Below, one piece after another: positions 40,347 to 50,957 of a DNA stretch of 64,000 nucleotides (within the stretch, counting starts at the first letter, position 1; every line of letters starts with the position of its first letter). The translations under genes and the position numbers were made by a program. Below the pieces are notes generated by a model, which worked only from the letters and a program-made list of their open reading frames with translations, was not told where the DNA came from and made no database searches. Location of the stretch: positions 448,001-512,000 of the forward strand of contig OZ244991.1 in the NCBI GenBank assembly GCA_965223335.1, written 5' to 3'. The stretch is from Thermodesulfobacteriota bacterium (lineage in GTDB: Bacteria; Desulfobacterota_D; UBA1144; Nemesobacterales; UBA2774).

Positions 40347-41186
40347 TTATATGACCTTGGCTTCCTCTCTAAGCAGCTTCACCAGCTCCTCGGCCGATTG
40401 CGCAATCTCTTCTCCCCTGACCATCGGTTCATCGTTACCCTTGATTATATGGAGTTTCCTCTCAATCTCGGGCACCTTAATCGCAACTGTGTTGACACGT
40501 GCACCGTTTTTCCCAAGCGCACCGTCACTTAATCCGATTTCTGCCAAATTAATGTCCCCCACACCTACTTCAGTAACAGGTTTCTTCTTTGCTTTCATAA
40601 TCCCCGGAAGCGATGCATACCTGGGTTCGTTCATGGCGTCTGGGCATGTAATAAGTGCTGGGAGCGAAACCTCAACCACCATATGCCCTCCATCGATCTC
40701 TTTTTGGCAGACCGCTTTTTTCTCATCCGGGTTGATCTCCATAACCTTACTTACGAGCGATACGTGGGGTATGCCCAATTCCTCAGCGACTTGTATCCCC
40801 ACCTGGCCGCTCTCTTCATCAATGATCTTCATCCCTGTAAAAATAATATCGATCTCGCCAAGCTTTTTTATCTCTCCGGCAAGCACCTTGGCTATAGCAA
40901 ACGAGTCACTCTCTGCAAATACATCGTCGTTTATATGCACTGCGTTATCTGCACCCATGGCAAGGCCCTGGCGGATAGACTCGATAACCCTTGCGGGTCC
41001 TACCGATATAATGGTCACTTCACCGCCATGTTTTTCCTTGGTCTGTATCGCCTCTTCCACTGCAAACTCATCATAGGGGTTCATTATCCATTTGATACCT
41101 TCCGTATCTACGGAATCTCCGCTGGAAGACACCTTTATCTTTGCCTCTGTGTCTTGGGTCTGACTTAAAATTACAAGTATTTTCAC
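40347..41186 (-). CDS. etfB: Electron transfer flavoprotein beta subunit
   Basis: MNPYDEFAVEEA, AMGAD, EPRYASLPGIMKAKKK; GTG start with GGAGGTG RBS. Confidence 0.95.
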   Translation of the reverse strand: MKILVILSQTQDTEAKIKVSSSGDSVDTEGIKWIMNPYDEFAVEEAIQTKEKHGGEVTIISVGPARVIESIRQGLAMGADNAVHINDDVFAESDSFAIAKVLAGEIKKLGEIDIIFTGMKIIDEESGQVGIQVAEELGIPHVSLVSKVMEINPDEKKAVCQKEIDGGHMVVEVSLPALITCPDAMNEPRYASLPGIMKAKKKPVTEVGVGDINLAEIGLSDGALGKNGARVNTVAIKVPEIERKLHIIKGNDEPMVRGEEIAQSAEELVKLLREEAKVI

Positions 41187-41328
41187 GTTGGAAACACCTC
41201 CAAATAGCTCAGTGTATGTACCGGAACTCCCATCCCGCCTCAGTACACCTATGCACTGAAATTACCCATTTATATATGGCAACCAGGAAAAGAAAAATCG
41301 GCTCTATTGATTGACAAATGGGCAGTAA

Positions 41329-41356
41329 ATTATAAATATTGCATTATCCTTGTCAA
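41329..41356 (-). promoter_or_regulatory. Consensus sigma-70 promoter of etfBA
   Basis: TTGACA-16bp-TATAAT on the minus strand. Confidence 0.7.
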
Positions 41357-41492
41357 GCTGTTTAAGAATGCGTAGGATTAGCAGGTCATGTTTTAAGTAA
41401 AAAAGCATGCTAAGCGTTAAAGCTCTCGCTTGTTTACTGCATTAAATTCCTAGAGATCGCGTACGAATTCTTTAAGCATTCCAACAGGGAAG

Positions 41493-42359
41493 ATGAACCA
41501 AAACCATATCAATATTTCACTGCTTACATTCACCGTAATCACATGGGGATACACATGGGTACTTATGAAAATAGGTCTAAACTACATGGAGCCTTTTACC
41601 CTTGCGACTCTTCGCTGCTCCGTAGCGGGTCTCGCTATGATTGCATACCTCGAGTTTCGCAAAATCCCTCGCCCCAAACTCTCTATGCTCCCCGATTACG
41701 CAGCCGTTGGGTTCTTCCAAACCGTGGCTATGTTCGGTCTATTGCTCTACGGCATGAAATATGTTACCGCTGGGAAAACCTCGGTGCTCCTATACACAAT
41801 GCCCATATGGACTAGCCTCATCGTGCACTTCTACCTAAAAGAGCGGCTCGAGTTGCACCGATGGATCGGTGTGGCGCTTGGCACACTGGGAATAATTTTC
41901 ATTCTCGGGCGCGATGTAATGGTACATTGGGAGACCAATGTACTCACTGGTGAATTCTTGATAATAATAGCCTCTGTGTCATGGGCTGTGTCCAATATCT
42001 GGGTTAAGAGACGTATGGGTGCAGAGGATGTCTATATGGTAAACGGCATTCAGCTTGTGATCGGAGCATTTGGGTTAGCGCTTCTAGCCATAAGCATAGA
42101 GGATGTGATGCATATTATATGGACCCCCTACACCCTATATATCATCTTATTCACCGGGCTTGTGTCATCGGCCGTGAATTTCACCATCTGGTTTTACCTG
42201 ATTAAGAACATGGACATACATATAACCACACACTCCTCCATGTTGGTACCCGTGTTCGGGCTACTGTTTGACTGGCTTATTCTAGGCACAAAACTCGATA
42301 TAGGAGTGATAATCGGCGGGGTCTTGATCATTGCCGGTATCTACAAGATATCGAAGTAA
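41493..42359 (+). CDS. DMT/EamA family transporter
   Basis: About 10 TM segments in two EamA repeats; WG..W, P..LATLR, LLYTMP, LVPVFG. Confidence 0.92.
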   Translation: MNQNHINISLLTFTVITWGYTWVLMKIGLNYMEPFTLATLRCSVAGLAMIAYLEFRKIPRPKLSMLPDYAAVGFFQTVAMFGLLLYGMKYVTAGKTSVLLYTMPIWTSLIVHFYLKERLELHRWIGVALGTLGIIFILGRDVMVHWETNVLTGEFLIIIASVSWAVSNIWVKRRMGAEDVYMVNGIQLVIGAFGLALLAISIEDVMHIIWTPYTLYIILFTGLVSSAVNFTIWFYLIKNMDIHITTHSSMLVPVFGLLFDWLILGTKLDIGVIIGGVLIIAGIYKISK

Positions 42360-42508
42360 ATCAGCTTATGATCACAATATCTTGATGTTTACAAATAAAT
42401 ATAAATTCCGGATCCTTAAGGTATAATACTCACATTGTTTGGTGTATTCCCCAGTCTTTTAGAATATTACGTGTTCATGCGTAACTCTGTAACAGCTATT
42501 ATCACTCT

Positions 42509-45500
42509 ATGATGCTTCGCAAACTTTTCAAAGTTATCGGAATTTTATTTCTACTACTGATAGTTCTGCTGGTCGGGGCTACGTTCTTTACTCAGACTGC
42601 TACTTTCAAGAACATACTCAGAAACACTGCAGAAAACATTGTGAGCTCCGCTACGGGTCAAACTTTTAGGATCGGGGAGGTACGAGGTAATTTTTATAAC
42701 AAGATCCTGCTTAAAGACGTCTCTCTCGAGGTCGATGATAAAGAGTTTGTGGAGTTTAAAGAACTCCTGGTCCAGTTCTCACTACTCGAACTACTCGACA
42801 GCTCTATGCTCTTTAACAAAACCGTGCTTCTAAGACAAGTCGCTGTAAACGGGCTTGATATCAACCTTGTGAGGTTTGAGGACGGCAGATGGATTTTCAA
42901 CGACATAGGCTCGGGTGAAAAAAAAGAGAAACCAGAAAAGAAAACCGAGGGCGAACCGAAGTGGAGCATACTGCTTGACGACTTTGTGTTGAACGAAGCA
43001 AATATCAACCTTACGGATATTAAAAAGAACGAGAGCATGACATTTGAAATTCCCGATATCGAGCTCTCGCTCAAGATGATCAATATAAGCAAAAACATCG
43101 AGCTTGACCTAAAGAACGCCGATTTCAACGCCCCCACGCAAAGAATCAACATAAGCAGCTTCTCGACAAAGGCTAATTATTCAGAAACAGAAGCCTCTAT
43201 AGAGAACCTCAAGTTCATATTAAACGGGGCCGAGATTGAGCTTGACGCCAATGTGGTAGACCTAAAAGAGACCCCGAAATTTAATTTCAATGCCCAGGTA
43301 AAAGACTACGTGTTTGAGAAGATAGGCAAGTTTAACGGTGTGGTGGAGGGAGAGGGCGAATACCATAGCCCCGAAAACATAAAGTTAAACTCCAAAATCC
43401 AGATGCCAGATTCTGTAATATTCGATAAAAACGTGAGTGCCTCTATTGAGAACCTAGAGCTAAACGGCCCCGACCTCGCTATTAGCGGCGGGCTCATCGA
43501 CACCGATTTCGGCAAACTCAACCTAAACGGTACAGCGAAACTAAACAGGATTATAACAAAAGAGGGCAATAACAGTTTTGACCTCAATGTGGTGCTAAAG
43601 GATATAGAGACCAATCAGGTAATGGCACTTATCGAACAAAAGACCAACAAAAAAACCGATGCCGTAAACACAAAACTGGGCGCTACTCTAAACGCTGATT
43701 TAAACACCAAGGGGAGTTGGATCGAGCCTGGGGATATAAGAGTCGAAGGTCTTATTAATAGTCTCACTCTTTCTGATGAAGGAGCCGGGGAACTAAGTTT
43801 AGACGGCACGACCCAAGTCACGCGCAGAGACCTTACACTTGATATAAATACAAAATTGAACAAACTCGACCTAGGCACCATACTGGCTAAAGACAATTTT
43901 GATAGCAGCATATCCGCTGATTATAAGGTCACAGGCAAGATCCCCTTCGAGGGCAGTATAGTATCGGGATTGGACCTTAACCTAGACGGCAAAATAGACG
44001 CATCTGAGATCTTTGGTATCGAGATTAATAACGGTGAGACAGACATCGCTTACAAAAACGAAATTCTCACCATAAACGCTTTAGAGATTAACACCGACAA
44101 ATTCACCCTAGAGACCAAGGGCAGGGGCAAAGGACAGGAGACCGATTTCACATACGACCTAGAGGTAAACGACTTAGGTCTACTCAGAGAGATTAAAGAG
44201 AACCTGGATGTCCAAGGATCTCTCACAGCTACGGGGCAAGTAACAGGAAAAATAAGCGAGCCCGAGATAACAGTCGACGCTACGGCTAAAGATTTCGCGT
44301 TCGGCGAAAAGATCAAAGCCAACACTCTTGAGCTGGAAGGTGATCTATCACTGGTTCCAAAGAACCTCATTATAAACGCCAATGCCGATCTAAAAGAACT
44401 CACCATAAACGATATCCCATACGAAGGGGCAAGCGTACGTGCAAAGACACAAGACCAGGTACTATCGATTGACCTCGATATTGTAGAGAACGAGGAGACC
44501 GGCTACGAATTAAGCTCAGATATAACCGGTCTTACCGACAAAGTGAAAACGATCCGGGTCAACAAACTCAGGCTAGATATTCTCAATACCGAAGCAGAGA
44601 ACAAAAACCCGATCAACCTGAGAATCTCACCAGATAAAATAAGAATTGAGTCCCTAAACTTGTATCAAAATCAAAGCTCTCTTGTGGCTGATGCGGATAT
44701 CAACCTAAAGGGTAATGTCGATGCAAACATCGCTTTAAAGGATTTCAATCTAAGCGATCTGGCAGATGCCCTACAGATGAAAAACCCCTTAGCTGGCAGC
44801 CTAAACGGCACTGTGAACCTAAACGGCTCGGCCGCAAACCCCCAGCTAAGCGCAAAGCTTAGGGGAACTAACCTGAGCTATCAGACATTCGATTACGGAG
44901 AGCTCGACCTAAACCTAAACTACCAAAACACTTTAATGAACATAGCTTTCTCAATCACAGAAAACTCAAACGAGATACTGAAACTCACAGGCACCTCCAA
45001 CATCGACCTCTCGCTCAATAAACCGCCAAAAGAGCTGGGAAAGAGCAACTTGAACCTATCTCTTTACTCAAGTGGTGTCGACCTGAGTCCCATCGAGGGT
45101 CTTGTGGACGAGGTAGATAATCTAGACGGCAGTCTCAAAGTAGACCTAAAAGTATATGGGGAACTCTCCTCACCCCAGGCAACGGGAACACTGTCGGTCA
45201 CAGACACCGTACTCAAACTAAAATCACTTAGGAATAGTGTCACGATTAAGGACGCCAAACTCGATATGAAGGGTCGCAGTGGGGCCTTGAACAAACTCGA
45301 GCTCGAGACCAAAGAGGGCACCGGAAGTTTCCAGGGCACTATAGATTTGAGCACTTTAAAATACGATGTCACGGGTACGATGGATGATCTGATTATAGAG
45401 CCCAAGAAAATATCTGCCAAGCTTAGGGGTAACGTTAAAATCGAGGGCGAAAAGGAAAAGATTAAATTAAGCGGTAAAGCAGTGGTAAGACGAGGCAGGA

Positions 45501-46351
45501 TTCATATCCCCGATGTCCCTCAAAAACAGGTTGAGGACATCAAATTCGATGACGCTGGGGATCAAAACGAGATAGAGATTGGAACAGAGCCCGAAAACGA
45601 CGGCTATTTCTACAACAATATGGCTCTCGACCTAAATGTGCGGATGAGGGGCAACACCTGGGTTAGGGGCAGGGGTGCGAACATCGAGCTCAAGGGTGAT
45701 CTGGATGTTAAGAAGGATTTCCGGGACCCTGTACATTTATCGGGCAATATCGATACAGAACGGGGAACATACGAGACGTTCGGAAAACTCTTTCGGATTG
45801 AAGAGGGAGCGGTCAACTTTACAGGTGGCGACAAGATCAACCCACTACTCGACATAAAGGCTCTTTACGAAGTCTCTGACGTGAAGGTCTATATCAACAT
45901 AAGCGGGCGAGTCGATGCCCCCAAAGTCGAGTTCACAAGCGACCCCGCCATGACCGAAACCGACATTATCTCCTATCTTGTATTCGGTGTGTCGTCGGAC
46001 AAGATAGGTTCCAATGACAGGGATTCCGTCCAAAATGTCACGACAGGCCTGGCAAGCGGGCTTGCGGTAAGGGAACTGGAAAAGCTCATGGGCGGGAAAC
46101 TATCTCTGGATGTGGTTAGTGTCACGGGCGGTACGGGGGGTCCCAATATTGAGCTCGGTAAATATCTGACCGACGACCTATACATTGCCTACGAGAGGGG
46201 CACCACAGAGTCTATATTGAACTCAACAAACATTACTCAGAACAAAGTGCTCGTTGAGTATCGGTTGTTCAAATTCCTTACGATTGACGGGGACATTGGG
46301 GGAGAGAATCCCGGAGTCGATGTGTTTTACAACCACAACTTTAATTTTTGA
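42509..46351 (+). CDS. tamB: TamB/AsmA-like translocation and assembly module protein
   Basis: N-terminal anchor, long beta-rich repetitive body, C-terminal DUF490-like NPLLDI, SDPAM..DIISYLVFG, GKYLTDDLYI. Confidence 0.85.
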   Translation: MMLRKLFKVIGILFLLLIVLLVGATFFTQTATFKNILRNTAENIVSSATGQTFRIGEVRGNFYNKILLKDVSLEVDDKEFVEFKELLVQFSLLELLDSSMLFNKTVLLRQVAVNGLDINLVRFEDGRWIFNDIGSGEKKEKPEKKTEGEPKWSILLDDFVLNEANINLTDIKKNESMTFEIPDIELSLKMINISKNIELDLKNADFNAPTQRINISSFSTKANYSETEASIENLKFILNGAEIELDANVVDLKETPKFNFNAQVKDYVFEKIGKFNGVVEGEGEYHSPENIKLNSKIQMPDSVIFDKNVSASIENLELNGPDLAISGGLIDTDFGKLNLNGTAKLNRIITKEGNNSFDLNVVLKDIETNQVMALIEQKTNKKTDAVNTKLGATLNADLNTKGSWIEPGDIRVEGLINSLTLSDEGAGELSLDGTTQVTRRDLTLDINTKLNKLDLGTILAKDNFDSSISADYKVTGKIPFEGSIVSGLDLNLDGKIDASEIFGIEINNGETDIAYKNEILTINALEINTDKFTLETKGRGKGQETDFTYDLEVNDLGLLREIKENLDVQGSLTATGQVTGKISEPEITVDATAKDFAFGEKIKANTLELEGDLSLVPKNLIINANADLKELTINDIPYEGASVRAKTQDQVLSIDLDIVENEETGYELSSDITGLTDKVKTIRVNKLRLDILNTEAENKNPINLRISPDKIRIESLNLYQNQSSLVADADINLKGNVDANIALKDFNLSDLADALQMKNPLAGSLNGTVNLNGSAANPQLSAKLRGTNLSYQTFDYGELDLNLNYQNTLMNIAFSITENSNEILKLTGTSNIDLSLNKPPKELGKSNLNLSLYSSGVDLSPIEGLVDEVDNLDGSLKVDLKVYGELSSPQATGTLSVTDTVLKLKSLRNSVTIKDAKLDMKGRSGALNKLELETKEGTGSFQGTIDLSTLKYDVTGTMDDLIIEPKKISAKLRGNVKIEGEKEKIKLSGKAVVRRGRIHIPDVPQKQVEDIKFDDAGDQNEIEIGTEPENDGYFYNNMALDLNVRMRGNTWVRGRGANIELKGDLDVKKDFRDPVHLSGNIDTERGTYETFGKLFRIEEGAVNFTGGDKINPLLDIKALYEVSDVKVYINISGRVDAPKVEFTSDPAMTETDIISYLVFGVSSDKIGSNDRDSVQNVTTGLASGLAVRELEKLMGGKLSLDVVSVTGGTGGPNIELGKYLTDDLYIAYERGTTESILNSTNITQNKVLVEYRLFKFLTIDGDIGGENPGVDVFYNHNFNF

Positions 46352-46362
46352 AGAAGGAATAT

Positions 46363-46791
46363 TTACTGCAAAGTCCTGTCGTTTTCCACCTCTACTCGCG
46401 GCATAGGGATGGGCGAGGCATGGTGGAGTACAAGGTTCCAGCCGTGCTCTGTATGTTCATAAATATTTGTGGTCTGAGCAAAGCCTGCGGATTCCCCGGG
46501 CCCTTCTCCGTAACTGATTTTTTCTATACAAATTACCCAGGCCAATCCCTCGGACACATCCACTCTGACATCTAACAAACTTATTGATGTAGGTGCCCCA
46601 GACTCGAAAATTTTTTCCCAGCTTTTTCTGATGGCTTTCCAACCGTGGAGCATAGGCCAACCCGGATGCACACACCTAGCACGTGGCTCACATATCCAAA
46701 TCTTATCCATCAAGTCTATGTTGCTGGTCTCAACAGCCTTGTAGAAAGTCTTGTTTAACTTCATTACCTCCCTGCGTGCATTGTCGGCCAT
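46363..46791 (-). CDS. SnoaL-like / NTF2 family protein
   Basis: NKTFYKA, CVHPGW...GWKAIRKSW, TNIY, LVLHHASP. Confidence 0.85.
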   Translation of the reverse strand: MADNARREVMKLNKTFYKAVETSNIDLMDKIWICEPRARCVHPGWPMLHGWKAIRKSWEKIFESGAPTSISLLDVRVDVSEGLAWVICIEKISYGEGPGESAGFAQTTNIYEHTEHGWNLVLHHASPIPMPRVEVENDRTLQ

Positions 46792-46850
46792 ACTTCTAGT
46801 ATATCTTGTAATTCTTTTAGTTCATCTAATCTTTTTCATGCTCAAAGGAT

Positions 46851-48008
46851 TTAGGTGCTCACACACCGGGACCGCAAGCCCTCTATCTCAACCAATAAAT
46901 CTGTAATCTCGCTCCTTACTACGTTGTCCTCTTCCCGGGATAGTTGAGCTTCGAGGATATCCTTGCTACCCTCCCCCATCAGTTTCCATAGCGCCCACGC
47001 CGCGTGTACTCTCACAAGGGGCTCGGGGTCTTTTAGGCATTTTTTCACAGCTTTTACGAAATCGGGGTTCCCCGAGTTTCCGATTGCAATCAAGGTGTTT
47101 CTCAAAAGCCCCCTCCTCTTAGTCCGTTTAACAGCACTGTCTTTGAACTTTTTGTTGAACTCCTCGGGGGTTAACACGGCCAGATCAGCAAGATCGGGTG
47201 CTAATAATCCCTCCCTCGGTATAAATGCATGCTCGTCGGTAACCCCGGCACTTTTGTTCCAGGGGCAGACGTCCTGACAAATGTCACAGCCGTATACGTT
47301 GTTATCGATTTTATCTCGTAACCTGCTTGGAACGGGGCCCTTAAGCTCAATTGTCAGGTACGATATGCATAGCCGCGAGTCAAGCTCGTATGCGGCTACA
47401 AGAGCGTCTGTGGGACAGGCATCTATACACATAGTACAAGTGCCGCACCTATCGGGTACAGGGGAATCATAATCAAGCTCTATATCCGTAATGATCTCGC
47501 CCAGAAAAAGCCATGAACCAATCTGTTGATTAATAATGCATGTGTTTTTCCCGACCCACCCCACCGCGCCATATTTAGCATATGCCCTCTCCAACACAGG
47601 ACCAGTATCTACATATATCCGTGCATTTAGATTAGAGTCCACACACCCTTGAATACATGTAAGCAGCTGCTTGAGATAACTATGGATAAGCTCGTGGTAG
47701 TCATCCCCCCAAGCATAGCGCGAAACCCACCCCTTATCTTTATCGTGCAGGCTTGTGGAATAGGGGTGGTCAGTGTTGTAATTTAGCCCGCACGTGATAA
47801 CCGACTTGGCACCGCTAAGCAGGTTTGCTACATCCCCACGGCGCTCGGGGTCCCTACCCATATAGCCCATCTCTCCCGCAAAACCCTTTTGGAGCCACTG
47901 CTTATACCACTGGGTCTCGGGGTACTTGCCCACGGGTGCTATGCCTACAAGATCAAAACCTATGTCATAGGCGGCTTTCTTAATAGAATTAGTTAGCTCC
48001 CGACACAT
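46851..48008 (-). CDS. queG: Epoxyqueuosine reductase
   Basis: SRYAWGDDYH, VDTGPVLER, CGTCTMCIDACPT, CISYLTIE, GCDICQDVCPWN, HEAT-like tail. Confidence 0.95.
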   Translation of the reverse strand: MCRELTNSIKKAAYDIGFDLVGIAPVGKYPETQWYKQWLQKGFAGEMGYMGRDPERRGDVANLLSGAKSVITCGLNYNTDHPYSTSLHDKDKGWVSRYAWGDDYHELIHSYLKQLLTCIQGCVDSNLNARIYVDTGPVLERAYAKYGAVGWVGKNTCIINQQIGSWLFLGEIITDIELDYDSPVPDRCGTCTMCIDACPTDALVAAYELDSRLCISYLTIELKGPVPSRLRDKIDNNVYGCDICQDVCPWNKSAGVTDEHAFIPREGLLAPDLADLAVLTPEEFNKKFKDSAVKRTKRRGLLRNTLIAIGNSGNPDFVKAVKKCLKDPEPLVRVHAAWALWKLMGEGSKDILEAQLSREEDNVVRSEITDLLVEIEGLRSRCVST

Positions 48009-48090
48009 GACCCTATTGTATCATATGCGGGGCTTTGCGTTCATGCTCGGTTGTAGAAAGTTAGTGTGGATTGGTAATTGGGCAGTAGTG

Positions 48091-48597
48091 TTAATCCGAC
48101 CAACCGCCGGGGTATTTCTTTGAGCGTACAATAAGCTCTGCAATCTCAATTAGAGCACCTGCGCCTGTGTCGTAGGTCGGGTAGTAAGACACGGCTTTTA
48201 TATCCAACGGTGCATCGGGTGGTGCTGCAGAGAACACGGCATGACCGGCGATAGAAGTATCACTACTCTCGGCAAGGATAAGTGCTATCTGTTCATCGGC
48301 CAGACGGTACTTGGTCTTGGTCTTTCGATAAAACTCCCCGCTGTCATCGACGCGGGGCTTAAGCACAATACCAAGCCTTTCGGCCACAGCTGATAGGTCC
48401 CGAGACTCATTAGGGCTATAAGCCACACACCCCACATGGAACGTCTTAAGTTTCTCTAACCATATGGCGTTTGGCAGAAGATGACCTTCTTGAGCAATCT
48501 CTCGAATATTGTCAGATTCGAATATTGCAGCATTAACAATAATGAGCTCTATGCAAGAGAGTGCCTGGACCAAATCATTTCGCATTTTGTTAAACAT
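48091..48597 (-). CDS. Degenerate KdsC-like HAD-fold protein
   Basis: The C-terminal half (AAPPDAP..IKAVSYY.T..G.GALIEIAELI) resembles KdsC/YrbI, but the HAD catalytic motifs are absent. Confidence 0.55.
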   Translation of the reverse strand: MFNKMRNDLVQALSCIELIIVNAAIFESDNIREIAQEGHLLPNAIWLEKLKTFHVGCVAYSPNESRDLSAVAERLGIVLKPRVDDSGEFYRKTKTKYRLADEQIALILAESSDTSIAGHAVFSAAPPDAPLDIKAVSYYPTYDTGAGALIEIAELIVRSKKYPGGWSD

Positions 48598-48780
48598 AAT
48601 GTCACCATTACTTATAAACAGCTTACCATTCTAAGCCCCAAGCATAGCTATTGCAAATCCGAAGCTTGTTACTCAATGTCTTATTTGCCAAGCATATAAT
48701 ATATAACTCTTAGTTCTGCGTAATCTCGACAGACCTGTGCTTTGAAGACGGTAGAGCAAAATGTATACTGATTCCATAAT

Positions 48781-49476
48781 ATGATGCGATTTTACAAAAG
48801 CGGAACTAGAACCGGTTTTCCCTTCATAAACTACACCCTTATAGCACTAAACATAGCAATTTTTCTCTATATATTGGATTCCGGTACCGGTATTAATACT
48901 ATATTTAGGGAGTACGGCCTTATCCCCTCTCATATCTTTACACTCCAGAGCTACAGCCTTTCAGAGAGAACCCTACCGTTTCTAAGCTATTTGTTCCTTC
49001 ACGGGGGGTGGGCCCATCTGTTATGGAATACGCTTTTTCTATATATATTCGGGGCAAAGGTCGAGAACCGAATGGGCCACATGAAATACCTGGCCTTTTA
49101 TTTGATCTGTGGGGTGATAGCCGGGTTGTTTCAGGTAGTAACTCACCTGGGCTCCGATATTCCAACGGTGGGTGCAAGCGGTGCTATCTCGGCTGTATTG
49201 GCTGCGTTCTTAACGTTCTTTCCCCGGTCAAAGATCACTCTGGTCCCAAATATATTCTCTTTAAAGCGTAGGCTAATGCCTGCTGCTGCATTTATTTTGT
49301 TGTGGTTCATCATACAGTTCCTGGGTGTAATGGACACGGTAGACACCGATGGAGATACCGGCGGGGTAGCAATATGGGCGCATCTCGGAGGTTTTGTAGC
49401 CGGTATCTTTTTATCTAGACACTTCCAACAAAAATTAAAGGTCGTCCCCGACAATAAGCCTACATATTATCATTAA
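48781..49476 (+). CDS. Rhomboid intramembrane serine protease
   Basis: FLHGGWAHL..N, GASGAIS (catalytic Ser), AHLGGF (catalytic His). Confidence 0.93.
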   Translation: MMRFYKSGTRTGFPFINYTLIALNIAIFLYILDSGTGINTIFREYGLIPSHIFTLQSYSLSERTLPFLSYLFLHGGWAHLLWNTLFLYIFGAKVENRMGHMKYLAFYLICGVIAGLFQVVTHLGSDIPTVGASGAISAVLAAFLTFFPRSKITLVPNIFSLKRRLMPAAAFILLWFIIQFLGVMDTVDTDGDTGGVAIWAHLGGFVAGIFLSRHFQQKLKVVPDNKPTYYH

Positions 49477-49567
49477 CCGCTTTCATCACCCAGTTGGATC
49501 AATCTCTATGCATTTGGTAAACTATATCAAACCTAAAACGAGTCCTTTATCCAAAATCATCGATTAA

Positions 49568-50830
49568 ATGGCAAAAACAGCCAAAAATAACAAACTCGCA
49601 ATTGTCGTAAGTGGTGGCCCGGCACCGGGTATAAACGGTGTTATAAGTGCGGCAACTATAGAGGCCATAAACAGGGGTATAGAGGTACTGGGTATAAGGG
49701 AAGGATTTAAATGGATAGCAGAAGGCAACTTAAAACACATTGAAAAATTAACGATTGGAAAAACGTCCCGAATCCATAACACCGGGGGTTCCATTATAGG
49801 AATCTCCAGGGAAAACCCCACCAGCACTAAAAAGCGGCTAAGCAATACGATAAATTCACTTAACAAACTGGGTGTTAAATACCTAATAACCATAGGGGGC
49901 GACGGCACTCTTTACCTCGCCAATAGAATCGGGAAGGAAACCAAGGGGCGTATAAAAATAGCTCACATCCCCAAAACCATAGACAACAACCTCCCAATGC
50001 CGGGCTACATCCCCACTTTCGGGTATGAGACCGCCAGAAACATAGGCACGAGTCTCTTGCATTACCTTATGGAGGATGCAAGGACTACAAATCGGTGGTA
50101 CTTCGTAGTAACAATGGGCAGAAGAACAGGGCACTTGGCTCTGGGCATCGGTAAGGCAGCGGGGGCAACCCTAACCATCATTCCAGAGCAGTTCGGATCA
50201 AAACCTATATCACTAGGAGTGTTGGTTAAGATCCTTGAGGGTGCAATTATTAAAAGATTATCCATGGGCAGAGAAGACGGTGTAGCAGTGATAGCCGAGG
50301 GGATCGCAGACAGACTAGAACCGGGCGAGTTAGAGCAATTAAGTGATGTGGCTCGAGATAAACACGGCAGGATAATGCTTTCCGAGGTGGACCTCGGTCA
50401 ATTGCTAAAACACAGAGCACGGGAACAACTGAAAGAAAAGGGGTTGGATACGAGGATTGTAGACAAGCGGATAGGCTATGAACTCCGCTCAGCCCCACCC
50501 ACTCCATTCGACGCCAAATACACTCGCGACCTCGGTTACAGTGCTGTAAAATTCCTGCTCTCAGGCGGCACGGGGGCTATGCTCTCGATCCAAACCGGTA
50601 AGATGGTACCTCTATACTTTAAGGACCTTGTAGATAAAAACACAGGGAAAGCAAGGGTTAGGTACGTGGATATCGATACGGAGTCTTACGAGGTAGCTGT
50701 TAAGTATATGATAAAGCTAAACCAAAACGATTTATCAAATAAAAATAATCTACGGAAATTGGCAAAAGCTGCCAATATGAGCTCTGCTGAGTTTAAAAAC
50801 TATTTTCATGATATAATCGAAATAGTTTAA
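49568..50830 (+). CDS. 6-phosphofructokinase, PPi-PFK 'short'-clade-like sequence
   Basis: SGGPAPGINGVI, IGGDGT, PKTIDNN, TFGYETAR, MGRRTGHLAL, GYELRSA. Confidence 0.9.
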   Translation: MAKTAKNNKLAIVVSGGPAPGINGVISAATIEAINRGIEVLGIREGFKWIAEGNLKHIEKLTIGKTSRIHNTGGSIIGISRENPTSTKKRLSNTINSLNKLGVKYLITIGGDGTLYLANRIGKETKGRIKIAHIPKTIDNNLPMPGYIPTFGYETARNIGTSLLHYLMEDARTTNRWYFVVTMGRRTGHLALGIGKAAGATLTIIPEQFGSKPISLGVLVKILEGAIIKRLSMGREDGVAVIAEGIADRLEPGELEQLSDVARDKHGRIMLSEVDLGQLLKHRAREQLKEKGLDTRIVDKRIGYELRSAPPTPFDAKYTRDLGYSAVKFLLSGGTGAMLSIQTGKMVPLYFKDLVDKNTGKARVRYVDIDTESYEVAVKYMIKLNQNDLSNKNNLRKLAKAANMSSAEFKNYFHDIIEIV

Positions 50831-50957
50831 TTTTTTCATACAATCCCTCGTCCCGTACTTAGCGGAGAGATGCTAATTGGCAATTTTTAATGAAAAAATT
50901 TAATTTTGAAGCAGAAACCATTGACATTGTTCTAGAATTATGATAAAAAATCTACCA

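Noticed and set aside
40351..41168. Long plus-strand ORFs opposite etfB
   Set aside because: Antisense shadows with no recognisable motifs.
42509..46351. tamB without an adjacent tamA
   Set aside because: Separation from the Omp85 partner is common outside Proteobacteria.
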